Positions 60,580 through 64,000 of a DNA stretch of 64,000 bases are shown here, one piece after another. The stretch covers positions 1 to 64,000 of the forward strand of contig CAVYXJ010000011.1 in NCBI GenBank assembly GCA_963772455.1. The letters run 5' to 3'. Below the pieces are notes generated by a model that was not told the origin of the DNA, made no database searches, and saw nothing but the letters and a program-made list of their open reading frames with translations. The DNA is from Candidatus Bathyarchaeota archaeon. GTDB lineage: Archaea; Thermoproteota; Bathyarchaeia; Bathyarchaeales; Bathycorpusculaceae. Position 1 is the stretch's first letter; each line of letters starts with the position of its first letter. The position numbers were made by a program, and so were the translations under genes.

Positions 60580-61919
60580 GGAAAATAAAAATGAATGAAA
60601 CTGTTGGAAAAAGATACATGCCTGAAGTAACCAGAAAAGAAATCGATGAACTCAAAACCACAATTAAAGCTGCTTCCCAAAAGGTAATGGCTGAAAACAT
60701 TGAACGCATGAAAAAAGCTGACCCTAAAAGACCTGAAGCCATGAAGTATTTTGATGAAATCTCAAACCTATTTGGCAAACGACAAGAGGAAATACAGGCT
60801 GAGAAAGAGAAGGGCAAAAAAGTCATCGGTTACATGTGTCTGTTTGCTCCAACAGAGTTAATTTTAGCAGCCGACGCCATTCCAGTCAGAGTTAATTCAG
60901 GATGGTATGACACGTCTAAGTTAGGAGACAGAGTTGTCCCCGTTGAGGTTTGCCCGGTAATACGATCAACAATCGGTGCAAAAATGATTGAGCTCTCACC
61001 TTTCCTTGAACAAAGCGATGCACTTATCAGTGTTCTAACTTGCGACGGCATGACCAAACTCGGTGAAATTTTAAGTGATTACAAAACTATTTGGGGAATG
61101 AATGTACCGCGAGTTAAAGATTCCACTCAGTCACTGCGCTTCTGGAATGACGAAATAAAACATATGAAAACTCAAATTGAACAGTTTACAGGAAACAAAA
61201 TTACACGTAAAAACCTCAAAGAAGCCATCGAAATGAGTCACAGAGCAACAAAAGCATTCCGTCGCCTACAAGAATTGCGTAAGGGATTACCTGTAATTAT
61301 GGGCAGAGATGCAATGCTGGTTAATCAAACATTTTTATGGGACGACAAACGCAGGTGGACAGAGAAAACCGAGGCTTTATGTGATGAATTAGAAAAAAGA
61401 GCGGAACGAAAAGATTGGGTTTGCCCGCCTGATACACCAAGAGTAATGATTACAGGCACACCTATGTTTTGGCCCGACAACTGGAAACTCCCAAGCCTAG
61501 TTGAAGAAGCAAATCCGCAAGGCATCATTGTTGCCGATGAACTATGTTCAGGTGAAAGAATCTTAAACGACCCTGTTGGCGTCGATGAATGGTCAATGGA
61601 TGATATGCTAAACGCAATTGGAGAACGCTATTTAATGGCATCAACTTGCCCATGCTTTACAAGCAAAGACGGAAACGAAGACAGAATCAATTGGCTCTTG
61701 AATAAAGTAAAAGAATGGAATGTTCAAGGAGTCATTTACTACGTGGTTCGAGGTTGCATGCTCTATGCAATGGAATACACACGCGTCAAGAAAGCTCTAG
61801 ATAAAATAAATATTCCAGTATACTACCTTGACACCGAATATACGCGTGAAGATGTTGGACAAATGAAAACCCGCGTTGAAGCATTTCTTGAAATGTTAAC
61901 TGCAAGAGTAGAAATGTAA
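60576..61919 (+). CDS. 2-hydroxyacyl-CoA dehydratase/benzoyl-CoA reductase superfamily subunit, double-cubane-cluster-protein-like
   Basis: RPEAMKYFD, KVIGYMC, VCPVIRS, LTCDG, ITGTP, DELCSG, TCPCF, RGC, and TEY..EDVGQMKTRVEAFLE. Confidence 0.8.
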   Translation: MRKIKMNETVGKRYMPEVTRKEIDELKTTIKAASQKVMAENIERMKKADPKRPEAMKYFDEISNLFGKRQEEIQAEKEKGKKVIGYMCLFAPTELILAADAIPVRVNSGWYDTSKLGDRVVPVEVCPVIRSTIGAKMIELSPFLEQSDALISVLTCDGMTKLGEILSDYKTIWGMNVPRVKDSTQSLRFWNDEIKHMKTQIEQFTGNKITRKNLKEAIEMSHRATKAFRRLQELRKGLPVIMGRDAMLVNQTFLWDDKRRWTEKTEALCDELEKRAERKDWVCPPDTPRVMITGTPMFWPDNWKLPSLVEEANPQGIIVADELCSGERILNDPVGVDEWSMDDMLNAIGERYLMASTCPCFTSKDGNEDRINWLLNKVKEWNVQGVIYYVVRGCMLYAMEYTRVKKALDKINIPVYYLDTEYTREDVGQMKTRVEAFLEMLTARVEM

Positions 61920-61928
61920 GGTGAAATT

Positions 61929-62714
61929 ATGATAACTGTTGGAATAGACCTTGGCACCCAAAGAGTACAAGTAGTTGTCTTAAAAGATGGTTCAGTAGCC
62001 TCTAGAGCTCAATTGCTATCGGGGTTCGATCCTACAAAAGCAGCTGAACAAGCTATAGATGAAGCGCTAAAAAAAGCAAACATTAAGTTTTCAGAAGTGG
62101 CAAGTTTTGCTGCAACAGGTTCAGCCGTAGATATGGCTCCTTATTCCGCTAGCACTGTAAGCATGATGAATGCAGATGCAAAAGCAGGCGTATTTTTATT
62201 TCCCAAAGCACGCACGATTATTGATGTCGGTGCAGAAGAGGCAAGAGCAGTAAAATGCGACGATAGAGGTGTAATGGTTGATTTTGTCGTCAACGAACGA
62301 TGTGCAGCAGGTGCAGGAGCATTTATCGAAGCGATGGCAAGAGCATTGGAAGTTAAATTGGAGGATATGGGTCCATTGGCACTTAAAGCAGAACGTGCAA
62401 GCCCCATTAATGCTTCATGTGTAATTTTTGGAGAATCAGATGTAGTTTCCCTCATACATCGTCAAGAATCCAAACCAGAAATTGCAAGGGCAGTTTACGA
62501 TGCGATGGCTGATCGAATTTCATCGATGGTTCACAGATTAGGCATAAACCCAGAAATCATTCTGGTCGGCGGTGTAGCAAAAGATGTCGGTTTTGTTGCA
62601 TCGTTAAATCGAAAACTTGGCGTTAACGTAATTATCCCTGACTACCCTGAATATGCAGGTGCTTTAGGTGCAGCAATTATCGCAGCAACGCGAGTAAAGG
62701 AGTCTTCAAAATGA
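61929..62714 (+). CDS. ASKHA ATPase activase subunit, BcrD/BzdP-like
   Basis: GIDLG, IDVGAEEARA, NERCAAGAGAFIEAMARALE and C.IFGESDVVSLIH. Confidence 0.85.
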   Translation: MITVGIDLGTQRVQVVVLKDGSVASRAQLLSGFDPTKAAEQAIDEALKKANIKFSEVASFAATGSAVDMAPYSASTVSMMNADAKAGVFLFPKARTIIDVGAEEARAVKCDDRGVMVDFVVNERCAAGAGAFIEAMARALEVKLEDMGPLALKAERASPINASCVIFGESDVVSLIHRQESKPEIARAVYDAMADRISSMVHRLGINPEIILVGGVAKDVGFVASLNRKLGVNVIIPDYPEYAGALGAAIIAATRVKESSK

Positions 62715-63622
62715 AGGAATTAGAAGCGGTAAAAGGTGTAGAATTTTGGCGTTGGAAAGAATATCACCGGATCATGCCAAACAAAAAATGGTCAAGTAAA
62801 GATCTAATCACAGCTGGAGTCGATGTTGGATCTGTAGGTTCTAAAGCAGCAGTAATGATAAACGGTGAGGCATATTCTTGGGGAATAACTCGCACTGGGT
62901 CTAACAGTCCTGAAAGCGCCACAAAAGCTCTTGAATACGCAATGGAAGGCACAGGACTCAAAGCAAGTGATATAAAATATATTGTCGGCACAGGTTATGG
63001 ACGAGTTAACGTGCCTATGGCAAATAAGGCTATAACTGAAATTGCCTGTCATGCAAAAGGTGCGAACTTTATTTGGGGTCCAAGCGTTCGGACAGTGTTG
63101 GATGTTGGTGGGCAGGACATAAAAGCAATTCGCATAGACGAAACAGGGCGAGTTGTCTCTTTTCTAATGAATGATAAATGTGCTGCTGGAACAGGAAGAG
63201 GTATGGAAGTATTTGCAGATTTGCTTCAGATTCCAATTGAAGAGATAGGTGATATTTCACTTAAAGTTGAAAAGGAACCTGAACCGGTGAGCTGCACGTG
63301 TGTAGCCTTCGCTAAAACAGAAGCAATGGGATTATTGCGAAAAGGTTGGTCTAAAGAAAAAGTCCTTGCTGCTTATACACGCGCTATGGCAGTTCGAATG
63401 GCTAACTTAATTAACAGAGTAGGCTTAGAGAGAGAACTGGTAGTGACCGGCGGTCAATCCAAGAACATTGGAATTGTAAGCAGAATAGAAGCCATTTTAG
63501 GAGTGAAGTGTCTTCCAATCCCTAAGTGGCGAGATGAAGGTGCATTAGATCCCATGGTTGCAGGCGCATTAGGTGCTGCGATTTTTGCTAAATCGCTTTA
63601 TGAAAAGTCTCAAAAATCATAG
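62711..63622 (+). CDS. ASKHA ATPase activase subunit, BcrA/BzdQ-like
   Basis: N-terminal FWRWKE, GVDVGSV, TGSNSP.SA, GTGYGRVNVP, TEIACHAKGA, DVGGQD and MNDKCAAGTGRGME. Confidence 0.87.
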   Translation: MKELEAVKGVEFWRWKEYHRIMPNKKWSSKDLITAGVDVGSVGSKAAVMINGEAYSWGITRTGSNSPESATKALEYAMEGTGLKASDIKYIVGTGYGRVNVPMANKAITEIACHAKGANFIWGPSVRTVLDVGGQDIKAIRIDETGRVVSFLMNDKCAAGTGRGMEVFADLLQIPIEEIGDISLKVEKEPEPVSCTCVAFAKTEAMGLLRKGWSKEKVLAAYTRAMAVRMANLINRVGLERELVVTGGQSKNIGIVSRIEAILGVKCLPIPKWRDEGALDPMVAGALGAAIFAKSLYEKSQKS

Positions 63623-63630
63623 GTGATTAA

Positions 63631-63918
63631 TTGATTACCTATTTTGGTTACTGTGACGGTTCAGGTGAATACTACATTGTCATCGATTCAAACAAATGCA
63701 ACGGCTGTGGCAAATGTGTAAAAAAATGTCCTCAAACTGCACTTAAACTTGAAACAGAGCTTATCGACCTTGAAGATAAAACAGTTGCCGTAATCAAAGA
63801 GGAACATAGAAAAAAAATTAAATATACTTGCGCTTCCTGCAAACCTGAAAAAGACAATACTCCTTGCATTTTAGCTTGTGAGAAAAAAGCCGTTAAATGT
63901 GTTTGGAACCCAAATTAA
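63631..63918 (+). CDS. Ferredoxin, BzdM-like
   Basis: FGY.DGSGEYYI.ID..KCNGCGKCV..CP...EEHRKKIKY.CA.CKP....PC..AC. Confidence 0.8.
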   Translation: MITYFGYCDGSGEYYIVIDSNKCNGCGKCVKKCPQTALKLETELIDLEDKTVAVIKEEHRKKIKYTCASCKPEKDNTPCILACEKKAVKCVWNPN

Positions 63919-64000
63919 TCTGACCAAATCGAAGTATATCTTAATTTATTAATAAAAAACATCATCGTGAAAAGAGATATTAAATGAAAAACAAAACAAA

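Noticed and set aside
60576-63918. Canonical benzoyl-CoA reductase (bzdNOPQ) or 2-hydroxyacyl-CoA dehydratase
   Set aside because: Only one catalytic-family gene is present in the cluster and it looks DCCP-like, so no gene symbols were assigned.

Overview
Archaeal genomic DNA: tiaS, archaeal-type alaS, TrmB, stand-alone Lrp/AsnC domains and a PEF-CTERM protein are present. Gene content and style suggest Candidatus Bathyarchaeia (inference). Positions ~1-31.4 kb form an accessory island. It carries a CheB/CheR fusion, a GC-richer ABC exporter, nikR-like plus ZnuABC-type uptake genes, kdpABC, PAS histidine kinases, a GH130 gene and a surface protein. These unrelated modules are separated by same-strand dispersed repeats encoding a tiny ribbon-helix-helix (RHH) protein (four degenerate copies plus a 19-nt fragment) or a C2H2 zinc finger (two copies). 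The island ends in a virus/plasmid-like block of overlapping small ORFs with a divergent pair of paralogous RHH genes flanking an inverted-repeat operator. Positions ~31.5-55 kb are mostly core genes (tiaS, alaS, grpE-dnaK-dnaJ, acs, SatP-family acetate channel, P-type ATPase, asnS, MFS, CDF). The window ends (56.5-63.9 kb) in an unusual redox cluster: a secreted CARDB protein, a DsbD/CcdA-like protein, a NapH-like Fe-S membrane protein, one double-cubane-cluster-like reductase, and BzdP/BzdQ/BzdM-like activase and ferredoxin genes. I recognised no tRNA, rRNA, CRISPR array, integrase or transposase. All family assignments are from motif recognition by eye, not database searches.
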